NCBI GenBank assembly: GCA_964106915.2
Contig: OZ066923.1
DNA: 64,000 bases
Reading direction: 5' to 3' (one strand)
Origin: Podarcis gaigeae
Taxonomy: Eukaryota
Shown here: positions 12,779 to 24,342 of the stretch, in pieces
Layout of the letters: every line of letters begins with the position of its first letter
How positions within the stretch are numbered: position 1 is the stretch's first letter
Position numbers and translations under genes: made by a program
The notes under the pieces: generated by a model
What the model saw: the letters and a program-made list of their open reading frames with translations, nothing else
The model's database searches: none
Told to the model about the DNA's origin: nothing

Positions 12779-13442
12779 CAAGAACTGACTTAGTTGGTCT
12801 TTAAGGTGCTACTGGAAGGAATTTTTTTTGTTTTGACTTCTCCAAGGTTCGCCGCCCGCGCGCTCCAGGCCACCCCCGTCGCCATCCGTGCGAGCGGAAG
12901 GACCCGAACAGCGCGCGCGCCCACGCCTCACCCATGTGTTGCAAACACGAGCCGCGCACGGGCTGGCCCAGGCGGCTGCAATAAAAGCGGGGACGGGGGG
13001 GGGGGGGAAGAGTAGAGACACCAGTGCGCGCACCCCGTGCGTACGTGCACGCGCGCATATGTAACCCAGCGGCTCCGGCGCCCGCGCGCATTTACGCGGC
13101 TCGCCACGCGCTTAGCAGAAACCTCCACCGAAGCCCCGTGCTCATCCGGGACATTCGCGCCCGCCCTGAGGGCGTGGCCAGGAAGCCGGTTAGCCACGCC
13201 CCCTGGCCTCATTTTTATTTGTTTGTCCGTCGACTGAGGGCGGCTCGCGGCTGGAGCGTCGCCGTTTCAGACGAGCTCGTCCCTCTGTGTGTGTGTTGAC
13301 AGTGCTTTAAAGTAAACCGTTAAGTTTTGTTGCTTTGGTTCTCTCAGCCCCGCGTGGCTCCCGAGCTTTGCGCTGCGCGCGCGGAGGGAGATACCCGCTC
13401 CTTCCCTCCCTCCCTCCGCCCGCCAGAAACCCGTAAACACAT

Positions 13443-13507
13443 TTCAGAAACGTGAGGCGGCCGGAGGTCACGTGCCGCGCGGGCAGCCAATGGGGAGGAG
13501 GGGGCGG
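13443..13507 (+). promoter_or_regulatory. CRY1 proximal E'-box/E-box module with CCAAT and GC boxes
   Basis: TTCAGA-AACGTG (13449-13454), CACGTG (13469-13474), CCAAT (13487-13491), GGGGCGG (13501-13507); same layout as the CLOCK:BMAL1 module of mammalian Cry1. Confidence 0.85.
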
Positions 13508-14079
13508 CGCTGGGCGGCTCCTGTAGTGCAGGGTTGCTGCGTAGAGTCACAGGGCGGGCGGCGAGGCGAGCGGCGGCTGGTTTGTGGCTGCGTGTGAGGG
13601 GAAAAAACCCAGGAGGGGAACTAACCGCCGTCCGTTCAGCTGGAGCCGGGTCTGCGTCGAACTCCGCGGAGCTCTTCGAGCCCCCCTCCATCTCCTAACC
13701 GCCAACAGCGTGGAGCGGGCGCGGGGCTGAGGAAAGAAGGGGTAATGCGTTTCTCGCTGGAGGCCATCGCCACTGCCACCGGAGCTGCCGCCGCCTCCAC
13801 AGCCGCAGCTGCCGCCTCCACCGGGTCCTAGAGCCGCCGTCGCTGCTGCCTACGGCCCTTGGCTCCCCTGTTTCTTCTTCTGTATAACCCCCCCTGAGGG
13901 TGTTTTCCCTCAGTGGCGGGACCCCGGCTCGGCATGAGGCGTGACGCCGACTTCATTTATCCCTGAACAGCCGGCAGCTCTTTACCTTGACTTCTCTTCC
14001 CCCGCCCCCCCCCGCAACATCCACCGGCCTCCGCCGCCAGAAGAACCTGTGAGGGGAGTAACCGGGCGCCACTCGGAAG

Positions 14080-14237
14080 ATGGGGGTGAACGCGGTGCAC
14101 TGGTTCCGCAAGGGGCTCCGGCTCCACGACAACCCGGCGCTGAGGGAAGTCATCCAAGGCGCCGACACGGTGCGCTGCGTCTACATCCTGGACCCCTGGT
14201 TCGCGGGCTCCTCCAACGTGGGGATCAACCGGTGGAG
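14080..14237 (+). CDS. CRY1: cryptochrome 1, coding exon 1 (158 nt)
   Basis: [21 protein letters not shown]...GINRWR; strong Kozak aagATGG; donor AG|GTTAGT. Confidence 0.98.
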
Positions 14238-15833
14238 GTTAGTGAACGGAATGAGTGGGCGCGAGGATGCGGCTCTTTTTTTATTTAGCCGGCCGGTTTT
14301 TATAAATCCCCATTCAGAAGCTTCCCGGTTGCGGGTAGGAAAAGGGGGGGGGGGAGGAAATGGGAGAGGTTTGGGCGTCGTCTGCGCACGCGCGTTGGCT
14401 GCTGGTTATACAACGCCGTTTCAGGTACTGTGTAACGCCGGTGAAATCAGTCTTGACGTCCTGGCACTCGGAGCTAATGAAAGGACGGCGCACTTCGGCC
14501 ACCCGCTTATGTTCTCAGCATGACTTGATTTTTAAAGCTTGCCATTTCCCATGGGAACGGATTCCGTCGTTAACTTCTTAAGCAACTGCGCTTCTCTCAC
14601 TGCATGCAAAAGAGTGCTGATTTAAAGCGATGAATAAATTCTAGCCCATGTTGGTGGTGTCAAAAGGATTTTTGGATACTCAGAAAAATTGTATAGTTCA
14701 GTACTTATACAAACAGAGCTGGCCCAATTAAAAAACAAAACCCACTTCATCTTCCCTCTGTTTCCTGTTCTCCAGCCGAACAGGGTAACAAATATTTGTG
14801 AAAGGCTCCAAAAGTTATACCCATTACATGTTTGTCACTGTCCGCTTTAAAGATGTGATCTTTAGTCTTAGCTTTCACTTTAATGTCCTTGCTGTGCAAC
14901 AGAGGCTTTGCCGTCCTGGGTTATATATGTGTGGCCATGATGCTCACCTTCCTCTTGCTAGCTATGACCTACTCCTAATTATCCCCTTTCCAGCCTCTTC
15001 CTGATGCTGGCAGCACTGGGGTAGTTGCACTTGCAGTTCCTTCTGTTGCTGTGCAAAGCAAGACATAACCTCACTTGGATATTTCGCAAGCAGTATTATG
15101 CTCATTTTCCAACCACAGACATTGTGAGGCTAAGAGGCCTACTAAAAGTTGCTTCGAATCAATAAAACATTGGGGAAACCTGTGTATATTTGTATGTAAC
15201 TGTTCCAAATGGTACTGAAAAATTAGGCAATGAGAGCTGTATCTGACTTTTTTTTGGTGAGTTCAAACTTAATAGGATAGTTCTTGTCACATAATCACTG
15301 TTCAAAACTGGTGTCTGGTCACTAGCAAAGGTAGACAAATGATATGGACTACTTTGACATTCGTGGAACACAATAAAGATGAAGAGGATTAGCAATCGCT
15401 GTAAGGAGTGTGCAGGTCTTTCAAAGGAAGCTTCTTAGTTAGTTGCATTCTGAACTAATTAAACCAGTTTATTGTGAACCAGAACTGCTAGATATCCACA
15501 TGTGTTCCATGGCTAATTCACAGATAACTAGAAAACTTGGTACATAATGCTGCTGGGCAACTTTTACTTGAAGTAGTACTGGTGTGGGGGCAGGGACAGG
15601 AGTCTAGTCTAGTCTTCTAGTTTATATTATGCTACTTACTATGCAGTATGGATGGTAGCAATTTCTTGGTCATGGTAGATAGTAAATATTTCTGCCAGGG
15701 CCTCTTTCGGGTCTGGATTTAAGCTGCTAAAGGTATGTTGTCATCTGTTCACCATTTTAAAAATTGTGATTTTAGAAGTCAAAAATAGGGTATTGAATGA
15801 ATACTTGGTAAAATATATCAACACTGTATAGTA

Positions 15834-16198
15834 AAAGGTAAAGGTAAAGGTACCCCTGCCCGTACGGGCCAGTCTTGACAGACTCTGGGGTTGTGCGCCC
15901 ATCTCACTCAAGAGGCCAGGGGCCAGCGCTGTCCAGAGACACTTCCGGGTCACGTGGCCAGTGTGACAAAGCTGCATCTGGCGAGCCAGAGCCGCACACG
16001 GAAACGCCATTTACCTTCCCGCTGGTAAGCGGTCCCTATTTATCTACTTGCACCCGGAGGTGCTTTCGAACTGCTAGATTGGCAGGCGCTGGGACCGAGC
16101 AGCGGGAGCGCACCCCGCCGCAGGGATTCGAACCACCGACCTTTCGATCGGCAAGTCCTAGGCGCTGAGGCTTTAACCCACAGCGCCACCTGCGTCCC
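15834..16198 (-). mobile_element. Sauria SINE, full length
   Basis: tRNA-derived head, (ACCTTT)n tail, 14-bp TSD AACACTGTATAGTA. Confidence 0.92.
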
Positions 16199-17789
16199 AA
16201 CACTGTATAGTAGGCACAAGGAAATACTAGTGGAGATGCTTAAAACTGTAAGATGTAAGGAAAATGCATAGTACACTTGTGAATGAATTTTGTCTATTGC
16301 TGTCATACTGACATGCCAGGTGCCTTGCGTGGTGTTACTGACCTCCTTTCTCTTGTCCCCATTCCTGGTGCATTTGTTATAGTTCTCATAATGTAAAAAC
16401 TTTAAACTTGAGTCTGAGTTTCTTTGTGTAATGTTTTTAATGCACCTTATTTCTTAGCTAACAAGTTGTTCAAGACGAAAGTGGCTCAGAATATTTGAGA
16501 CAGATCCTGTGTACTTCATTCTGTAATGTGTTGTTGTAGTAAGACTTCTGTGAATCTTGCTCTGAATGAAGTGGCTAGCTTTCATTTGGATGCTGTTATG
16601 GGAGTCAGAACAGTTTTAGAATTTCTCAAGTTTTGCATTAAATCAACATTGAGATAGTATATTAATTTAAAACTCTACTTTGAGACATATTAAGTGAAGT
16701 GAGTCATACATGGCAATAAATATTTCAAAAAAGAAACCAATATTTATCATTTCAAAACTTTTTAATTGCCAGGGGTAGTAGATGAAGCCAACGTGAAGCA
16801 TTTTCTTTTTTGTTCTTGAACTCTGGTAAAATGCAATACCAGTTATTGGTTAAACAATTAGCCACAACAAAAGGACTTCATAGGTCGGGGATTATCAATT
16901 ATTTTTTAAAAGATTAGATCTAGGCCAGAAGTGTACTTACGGTAATTCTTAAAAGAAAATAATATTGTGGTCACTTGTTAAAATGCTTAGGGGGCTGGTT
17001 AGACAAATATCATGGGGCCATTTCTATCATTAGTCCCAGAGGCCTTCAGTGTCTTACTCATTAGTTAGCTAGCTTACAAGACTTAAGGTTTTTTGAGGTT
17101 CTAATAAAGGTATTCCCTGATAGTGGATTTTTGAGTTTTTTTTCTTTAACCAACAAAACTTCACAAGCTTTTCTTGTCTCTTTGATTGGTCACTGTATAC
17201 CCGAGATAAGCTTTACCATCATCAAAACTGAGTGCCTTGTGAATGTTGCTTGGGTCCTGCAGTTGAGGAAAGTTGGAGTATAAATAAATAAAAGTTAACT
17301 GGTAGTGGCATTCATAATTTGAGTTAAGGAAATTCATTGTGACAGAGTAACTGGAGCAAGTAGATAGAACAGCCTTTCTTCAACATGCTGCCCTCCAAAT
17401 GTTTTGGATTTAGGTTTCATCATCCCAGACAATGTGTCATGCTGATTGAGGATGATGGGAGTTGGAATTTGAATCATTTGGAGGGCACCAGGTTGGGAAA
17501 GCTTAAATAGAACACTGGACTTCTGTCTCAGCTAGCCACAGATTCAGTGACTTGCCCATTTGTAAAATGAAAGGGGGGGGGGAAGCATTTGCAGCGGGTG
17601 CTGTAAATATGAATTAAGAATGAGTTGAGAACTGAAAGGTTCCACTACATAAATACAATATATTGTAACTTTGTGTAGTAGCAAACAATGTGTAGTAGCA
17701 AACAAACATAACTGCTACTGCTGTATTACATAAATTAGTCTTCTTGGAAGTGTGTGTATACCTTGTTCTGGGCAATATAATCATTTGTA

Positions 17790-18151
17790 AAGGTAAAGGT
17801 ACCCCTGCCCGTACGGGCCATTCTTGACAGACTCTAGGGTTGTGCGCTCATCTCACTCTAGAGGCCGGGAGCCAGTGCTGTCCACAGACACTTCCGGGTC
17901 ACGTGGCCAGCGTGACGAAGCTGCTCTGGTGAGCCAGAACCAGCGCAGCACACGGAAACGCCGTTTACCTTCCCGCTATAAAGCGGTACCTATTTATCTC
18001 CTTGCACTTTGACATGCTTTCAAACTGCTAGGTGGGCAGGAGCTGGGAATGAACGACGGGAGCTCACCCCGCCGCGGGGATTCGAACCGCCGACCATGCG
18101 ATCGGCAAGTCCTTGGCACTGAGGTTTTACCCACAGCGCCACCCGCATCCC
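17790..18151 (-). mobile_element. Sauria SINE, full length
   Basis: Same family; 11-bp TSD AATCATTTGTA. Confidence 0.92.
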
Positions 18152-18179
18152 AATCATTTGTAGACATGTTTTAAAATTA

Positions 18180-18378
18180 CAGTGGAACCTCGGGTTATGT
18201 ACCGTCCTCCTTACGAACACTTTGGGTAACGAGCTCCACTAACCTGGAAGTAGATGCTCCTGGTAGCAAACTTTGCCCCAGGATGTAAGCGGAAGTCATG
18301 GCACGGCTGCAGCATGATGCCCCATTAGCGAAAGCCGCCTCAGGTTGAGAACGGTTTCGGCTTAAGAACAGACCACTG
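18180..18378. mobile_element. Tc1/mariner-type MITE
   Basis: TA|CAGTGG...CCACTG|TA termini. Confidence 0.7.
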
Positions 18379-18779
18379 TAAATAAATAAATGTTAACATT
18401 GATCAGATATGTAATTTTATTTTTTGCATTTGGAACAAGAAGCTTTCAAACATGTTTTTAATTGATTTCCCTCTGCAAGAGTCATGTTGTGTTTTAACCC
18501 ATGTTTTCTGAAATGGGTGCATAATTCTGGTGTAGAGCAGGGAGTATATTCACTATATCTTGATGACAATACGTTAAATGAATGGCTTCCCTACTCCCCC
18601 TGAAAATCCGCTTGTAAAGCAAATAGGATCCAGTTCCTGGAATCCTCAGGAGGAAAGAGTGCTGTTGTGCTCCGGTCCTACTTGCAGGCTTCCATATGCA
18701 TCAGGATGGCTACTGTGAGAACAGGATGCTGGACTAGATGGATCACTGGCCTGATCCAGCAGGGCTATTCTTACGTTTT

Positions 18780-20120
18780 TGTGTAAATATAGTGGGTATA
18801 AGAGGAATCTGGTGGAATGGGGATAATCATTCAGGGCTCTCCTGAATACACAGAGCGAAGAAATGTGTCTTAAGGGTGGAATAGCACTGCATGTCAAGGA
18901 AGGCATAGAAGCCAATCTAGAAAAGGTGCAGACTCCTCCACAGAAGCAGGGTTTGAAAAATAATGTCATAATGGAGACATATTATCATGCTCCAACCCCC
19001 AATCAAGTTGAACTTGAAATGGAGAAATAAATCAGAGGGATCCAAATTGTTAATAGTGGGTGATATTGCATAGAGTTATATAATGACAAAGAGACAACTT
19101 TTCTAGATACCCTAAATGACTGTTTTTTTAAAACAGTTGGCTAGGGAATGAATGGGGCATGGAGCTGGAATTAATTGTGTTGACCAGGACCTAGAGCAAG
19201 ATGTAAGTGTTGCTAAACTAAGGGCAACAGTGACCACAGTGATATGAAACTCAATATACATGTAACTGGGAAATTGCCAGTAGAAATGCAAGGTTCTGTA
19301 TACACTATATCTTTAAAGCATATTCTTTCCCTCAAAGAATCCTGGGCATTGTAATGAGGAGTTGATGGGAGTTGTAACTCTGTGAGGGCTGAGCTACAGC
19401 GCCCATAATTCTTTGAGAGAAAGAATGTGTTTTGAACATTCTTTAAAACTTATAGTGTGTACACAGTTCAATACAGTCACATTTGACTGAAAAGTAAACT
19501 TATTTTAAAAATGAGTATGACAGGGAGAGTCAAGAGAATCACATCTCTTTTAAAAGCTTGGAGGTTATTTAAAGCCATGGCAACAGAAGGTCAACTAGAA
19601 CATATGCTACAGATTCAGGGGCAAGAAGGCGCTCCCCCCCCCAAAAAAAATTGAATAAGAGAACATTAAAGCAAAAAGAAGCAAAAGATTATGCAAAAGA
19701 GGGAAGCAGAGGGAAGGAATTGACTATATTGTTAGATACATTAGCAGCACAATCCTACATGTGTCTGCTCAAAAGTGAGTCCCATTGAAACTGGCTATAG
19801 GGTTGGAGCCTAAAACAATAAAAACTGATATGTTTGAATATGTTGGAAACATATTCAGTTTCTGTCCAAGACATGTTTGGATCCTGATAAGAGATGGAAA
19901 GGTGTGCTAGGGAAAGATGGAGAGCTTGGAGCGAGAGTTCTAGTACTAACTGACAGATCACTGGGGCAATAAATCCACTTGAGTTCTTAAGGAACCCAAA
20001 TATAAAATTGCTGATCTTCTTACAATAATGTATAGCTTGTTCCTAACATTAGCTTCTATACTAGAGGGCTGCAAAGTAGCTAATTGAACATCCAGGAAGT
20101 TACCAGCTAATTATAACAAC
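18780..20120 (+). mobile_element. decayed CR1-like LINE ORF2 fragments
   Basis: Eroded endonuclease-region motifs (GGxALxVKEG-like, GNSDH-like) without an intact frame; boundaries approximate. Confidence 0.45.
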
Positions 20121-20129
20121 TGTTCTGTA

Positions 20130-20234
20130 TGTTGTTGTTGTTTAGTCGTTTAGTCGTGTCCGACTCTTCGTGACCCCATGGACCAGAGAACGCCAGGCAC
20201 CTCTGTCCTCCACTGCCTCCCGCAGTTTGGTCAA
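20130..20234 (-). mobile_element. Bov-B (RTE) LINE extreme 3' end
   Basis: (CAA)n tail, matches the 3' end of 60359-60805; TSD AACTGTTCTGT. Confidence 0.85.
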
Positions 20235-21107
20235 AACTGTTCTGTGTAAATTGGTAGAAAGCACTATCAAATTATCAAACAAGCTTCTGCCCTGCTAACA
20301 TTTTTTGAGAGAATCAATAACTGAAAGGATAGGGGAGATCAAAATGATCAGGAGGCTGGAGCATACTCCCCACAAGGAAATGTCACACTGGCCTGGTTTC
20401 CATGACATGGTAAACCAGACTGACTTCCTGGAGTTGTATGGGCTCCTGGAGAGAAGCTCTAAACTGCATTGCTCCTCCGCAGTCTTGAATAGTCCCATGG
20501 TGAGCTAAGCAAAAGTTTGACTTAGCTAGCAGTTTTAATCCAGTGCTGTGGTTAAGCACTCTCCTCGCTAACCATGAATTGTAGCCTAGGGTTATTCCTG
20601 TATTGCATGTGGACAAGGCTGTTTTGGGAGGGAAGAATTGTTCAATATGGCTCTAAATTTGAGTACTGGCCCTGTGTAACAACATGCTATAGTTTGAATA
20701 TGAATGAGCTGACATGAACTGCAGGCCCACTTGCCATCCTCTTTCCCTTTTTACTCCATGAGAAATGATATAAAGCTTGGATTACTGGTTAGCAACATAT
20801 TGTTTGTTGCTGCACCCAAACTGGCAAGGAGTTGTTTGTTCACACTACAGATTGCTAACAAGCCAGAATACCAAACCAGGATTGAAGTCTGTCTGTGTGA
20901 TTTGCTTCCTGCATTTTTATCTCTAGTGTTTTAACCCTTACCTTAAATGGTATTACTTTCAGCGCTCTTAAAATTGTCTACAAGTAAAACACATAACTGT
21001 TTAAATGTGGAACAGTATTCAGTAACCACAGATTTAATAGGTATAAGCTTTTTGCTTACAAGTATGTGTGGTCACCTGTGGAATAGCCTGTTGTTAGGCC
21101 TTCTCTG

Positions 21108-21184
21108 CATTTATTTATTTATTTATTTATTTATTTATTCATTCATACATACATACATACATACATACATACATGCATACATAT
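21108..21184. repeat. compound (ATTT)n(ATTC)n(ATAC)n microsatellite
   Basis: Visible tetranucleotide runs. Confidence 0.9.
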
Positions 21185-21479
21185 ACCACTTGATTGGAAA
21201 AAATATTAAAGTGGTTTAGAAAAATTTAAAACAAATTTGAGAAAAAATCATAACCATATTGAGTTACTCTGTTTCTGTCTGGTGGCATTGGTTTACTTTG
21301 CTTTCATATTGACTAGGCATCAGCAGAAAGGTCATTATTATGTGCTTCAGATTATAGTAACTGAAGGAATCCCTCAAATTCTAAGAAATTCTCATTGTGA
21401 GTCACTCTCTAGGCTTTGGGCAAATTTTCATCTCTCTCCCCACCCTCCATTTATTAGTCACTTGCTACCCAAAGGTCAA

Positions 21480-21643
21480 GGGACGCGGGTGGCGCTGTGG
21501 GTTAAACCACAGAGCCTAGGACTTGCTGATCAAAAGGTCGGCGGTTCAAATCCCCGCAACGGGGTGAGCGCCTGTTGCTCGGTCCCTGCTCCTGCCAACC
21601 TAGCAGTTCGAAAGCACGTCAAAGTGTAAGTAGATAAATAGGT
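21480..21643 (+). mobile_element. Sauria SINE, 5' half
   Basis: gggacgcgggtggcgctgtgggttaaacc head; truncated after tagataaataggt. Confidence 0.88.
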
Positions 21644-22784
21644 CCCTTTAAGAAACAGATTTTGGCAGGTAGAATGTAGGTAGGTAGTTTCTCTTGTTAA
21701 TAAACTAACTAAGGTGCTGCCTTTTAGAAATTACGTTGTCTCTTAAGTTGGGATTTAATTTTATGCAGAGTTGTATCTGACTTTATTTCTGGACCAAAAA
21801 TGTAAATAAACGTTTAGTTGATCAACAAAAGAGTGAAATAAGCCTGTTGAAATCAAAATGAATTATTTTAGAACATCATACTTTATCAACCTTATACATG
21901 GTGAATGCTGACGAGAGCTTTTAAAACTACAAGACTGACATTCTGAAGCATATTAAAGCACTTCATAGGACAGTTTGATGCTGCTGTCTGGGATATCACT
22001 TTAAAAAAGAGAAAAATGGCTTCTGTGTAAGATGATAAAATGAACAAAAACAGTAGCATCATTAGTCCTTTATTTGCCTGAATACTTCAGCTAAGACACC
22101 ATAGACCAGTACAGTTGTATAACTAACTGAATGAGTCATCTGTTAAAGAAGCAAGTGTTTTGAGAACTAAATAATGTCAAGCAGTATATAAAGATTTGGT
22201 TATATCGGAGAAGACCAGTTTGTTCAGTTATGTATAAATACAGCATAGTTTGTACAATGATAGTGACACAATGGACTTTCCTTGCAATGAGCAAATGTGT
22301 GTACCTGCTATATTCAATGTGATATGATGGAAGATTCTGTCCTAGAAACCTTTACCTGTTTATCTGGCATAAATTCTATTTATGATAAGCACATGTACGG
22401 TAAACAGACTTCACAACACTTTTTCTTCCATGAGTTCTTTCTACTGTTCTCATTGCAATGGCATTCTTAAATAGCATTTTAATTTTCATTAATGGGAATC
22501 CAAATATAGAAGATTTTAAATTTAGTTTTTGTGTTTGTTTTTAATTGCATGACTAGAGTAAATGTTCTCACTAGTTTAATTCTCATTCATTGAAGCAATA
22601 TCAGTTCTGCTTTTCAGGATCATGGATCCTTCCAAGGCAGTTTATACTTAAAAGGTGACAGCAATAATACAACATTGTTAACTATAGAATTGAAATCAAT
22701 ACAATGTTGATATTACTAAATAAAAACAAACCAACAGCAGATGATATAACCATATGTATTACAGCCACCCCCTCACTCTTAGTA

Positions 22785-23406
22785 CTGTGGTACCTCAGGT
22801 TAAGTACCGTATTGTTCGCCTTATAGGACACACTTTTCCCCCTCCAAAAATGAAGGGGAAATGTGTGTGCAACCTATGGGGCGAATGCAGGCTTTCACTG
22901 AAGCCTGGAGAGAGTTCCCGCTGGGCTCCCAAGGCTTGCGGACAGCAGCCTGCAGCCCGAAACCCGGGGAGCGCAGCAGAGATATCCGCAAGCCTGGGGA
23001 GACCGACGGGAGTTCCCACCAGGCTCCCAAGGCTTGCGCATAGCAGCCTGTTCTGGGGGCTGGGGTCGGGGGAAGCTTGGGCTTCCCCTGCCTCAGCCCC
23101 GCGCCTGGGGGGAAATATTTTTTTTCTTTATCCCCCCCCAAAAAAACTAGGTGTGCCCTATGTGCCGGTGCGCCCTATAGGGCGAAAAATACGGTACTTA
23201 ATTTGTTCCAGAGGTCCGTTCTTAACCTGAAACTGTTTAACCTGAAGACCACTTTAGCTAATGGGGCCTCCTGCTGCCACCGTGCCGCCGGAACACGATT
23301 TCTGTTCTCATCCTGAAGCAAAGTTCTTAACCCAAGGTACTATAGGTACTATTTCTGGGTTAGCGGAGTCTGTAACCTGAAGCGTCTGTAACCTGAGATA
23401 CCACTG
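22785..23406. mobile_element. Tc1/mariner MITE (CAGTGGTACC TIR family) interrupted by a nested MITE
   Basis: Termini ctgtggtacctc / gagataccactg flanked by TA; matches uninterrupted copies at 57942-58167 and 54124-54345. Confidence 0.85.
22807..23194. mobile_element. nested mariner/Tc2-like MITE
   Basis: TIRs CCGTATTGTTCGCCTTATAGG / CCTATAGGGCGAAAAATACGG with duplicated TA. Confidence 0.88.
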
Positions 23407-23479
23407 TATAGGATACCAGCTTAACCAATTGGAAATGTAGTTTGTAGGATCTGTCTAAAACAAATCTGAACAGCTGTCA

Positions 23480-23940
23480 GAGAAGGAAGTTCTATAGATG
23501 GGACTGCCACCAAAAATCCTATCTTATATGTCTGCCAGGCTAATTGTACCCACAGCCTCCAAGGCTGATCTTAAGATCTAGGCAGCTTCCTATTTGTAGG
23601 TGATCCTTCAAGTATCCCAGTCCCAAACCATTAAGGTTTTCAAAGGTCATAACCATCACTTTGAATTGGACCTAAAAATGAACTGGCAACCATTGCAGCT
23701 GTTAAACTATTGTAGTTATATGCTCGGAGCACCTCATCCAGCCAACATTTGGGCAACGGCATTTTACCCTAGGTGAAGTTTCTGAAGTATCTCCAGAGGC
23801 AGCCCCACATGGAGTGCTTTGCAGTAGTTGGTCTGGATTTAACCAGGACATCACTACCTGATTCAAGATCTGTTTAATCTAAGTGGGGTTCCGCTGGTAC
23901 ACCAGCCGAACTTGGTAAAAGGCACTCCTTGTCCCACCAT
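23480..23940 (-). mobile_element. decayed L2-like LINE fragment
   Basis: Similar to 43330-44090 (cactttgaattgg...ggcaaccattgcag); boundaries approximate. Confidence 0.5.
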
Positions 23941-24037
23941 CTGTGCTATAAATGCCCATTATGCTTACTCACCTAAATTCTATGTTATAATTACATTCTA
24001 TCTAGTGGTGATTCATATTTTCCCAGGTTCAAAAAAC

Positions 24038-24342
24038 AGTGTTTTGTCATAACTGAAATATGTAATATTGTAACTACATGATAACTACAGAAATTTATGT
24101 AGATAGTGTACAAAAAATGAGTGTTTCTTACGCACACAAAAGTGATTTTGTGACACTGCCTTAGAGAAGTTGAGGGAATTTTGGTGGAAGTGTTTTGTCA
24201 GAACTGAAATATATAATATTTTAACTAGATGCTAACTACAGAACTTTATGTAGATAGTGTACAAAAATGAGTGTTTCTTACACACACAAAAGTGATTTTG
24301 TGACACTGCCTTAAAGAACTTGAGGGAATTTTGGTGGAAGTG
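24038..24342. repeat. ~150-bp tandem duplication (2 copies)
   Basis: Units start at 24038 and 24189 (agtgttttgtca...ttttggtggaagtg), about 90% identical. Confidence 0.9.

Larger units (their letters stand above)
12591..12838. mobile_element. Penelope-like element pseudo-LTR remnant with inverted duplication
   Basis: Arms 12622-12722 and 12738-12838 are reverse complements (100/101); same sequence as the 3' part of 26597-26919; flanking direct repeat GACTTCTCCAAG at 12579-12590 and 12835-12846; contains hammerhead cores. Confidence 0.85.
12480..14580 (+). promoter_or_regulatory. CRY1 CpG island / promoter / 5' UTR
   Basis: Very CpG-rich ~2 kb block spanning CRY1 exon 1, interrupted by the AT-richer insertion at 12591-12838. 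Confidence 0.9.

Noticed and set aside
12475-13015. Two divergent ORFs both starting MVFKVLLEGIFFVLT
   Set aside because: Artefact of the 101-bp inverted repeat; non-ATG starts
12801-14288. Ala/Arg/Pro-rich ORFs around the CRY1 promoter
   Set aside because: Expected in a CpG island; no homology or splice support
14238-14523. Continuation of the CRY1 exon 1 ORF to 147 aa
   Set aside because: Read-through past the conserved donor at 14237/14238 into intron 1
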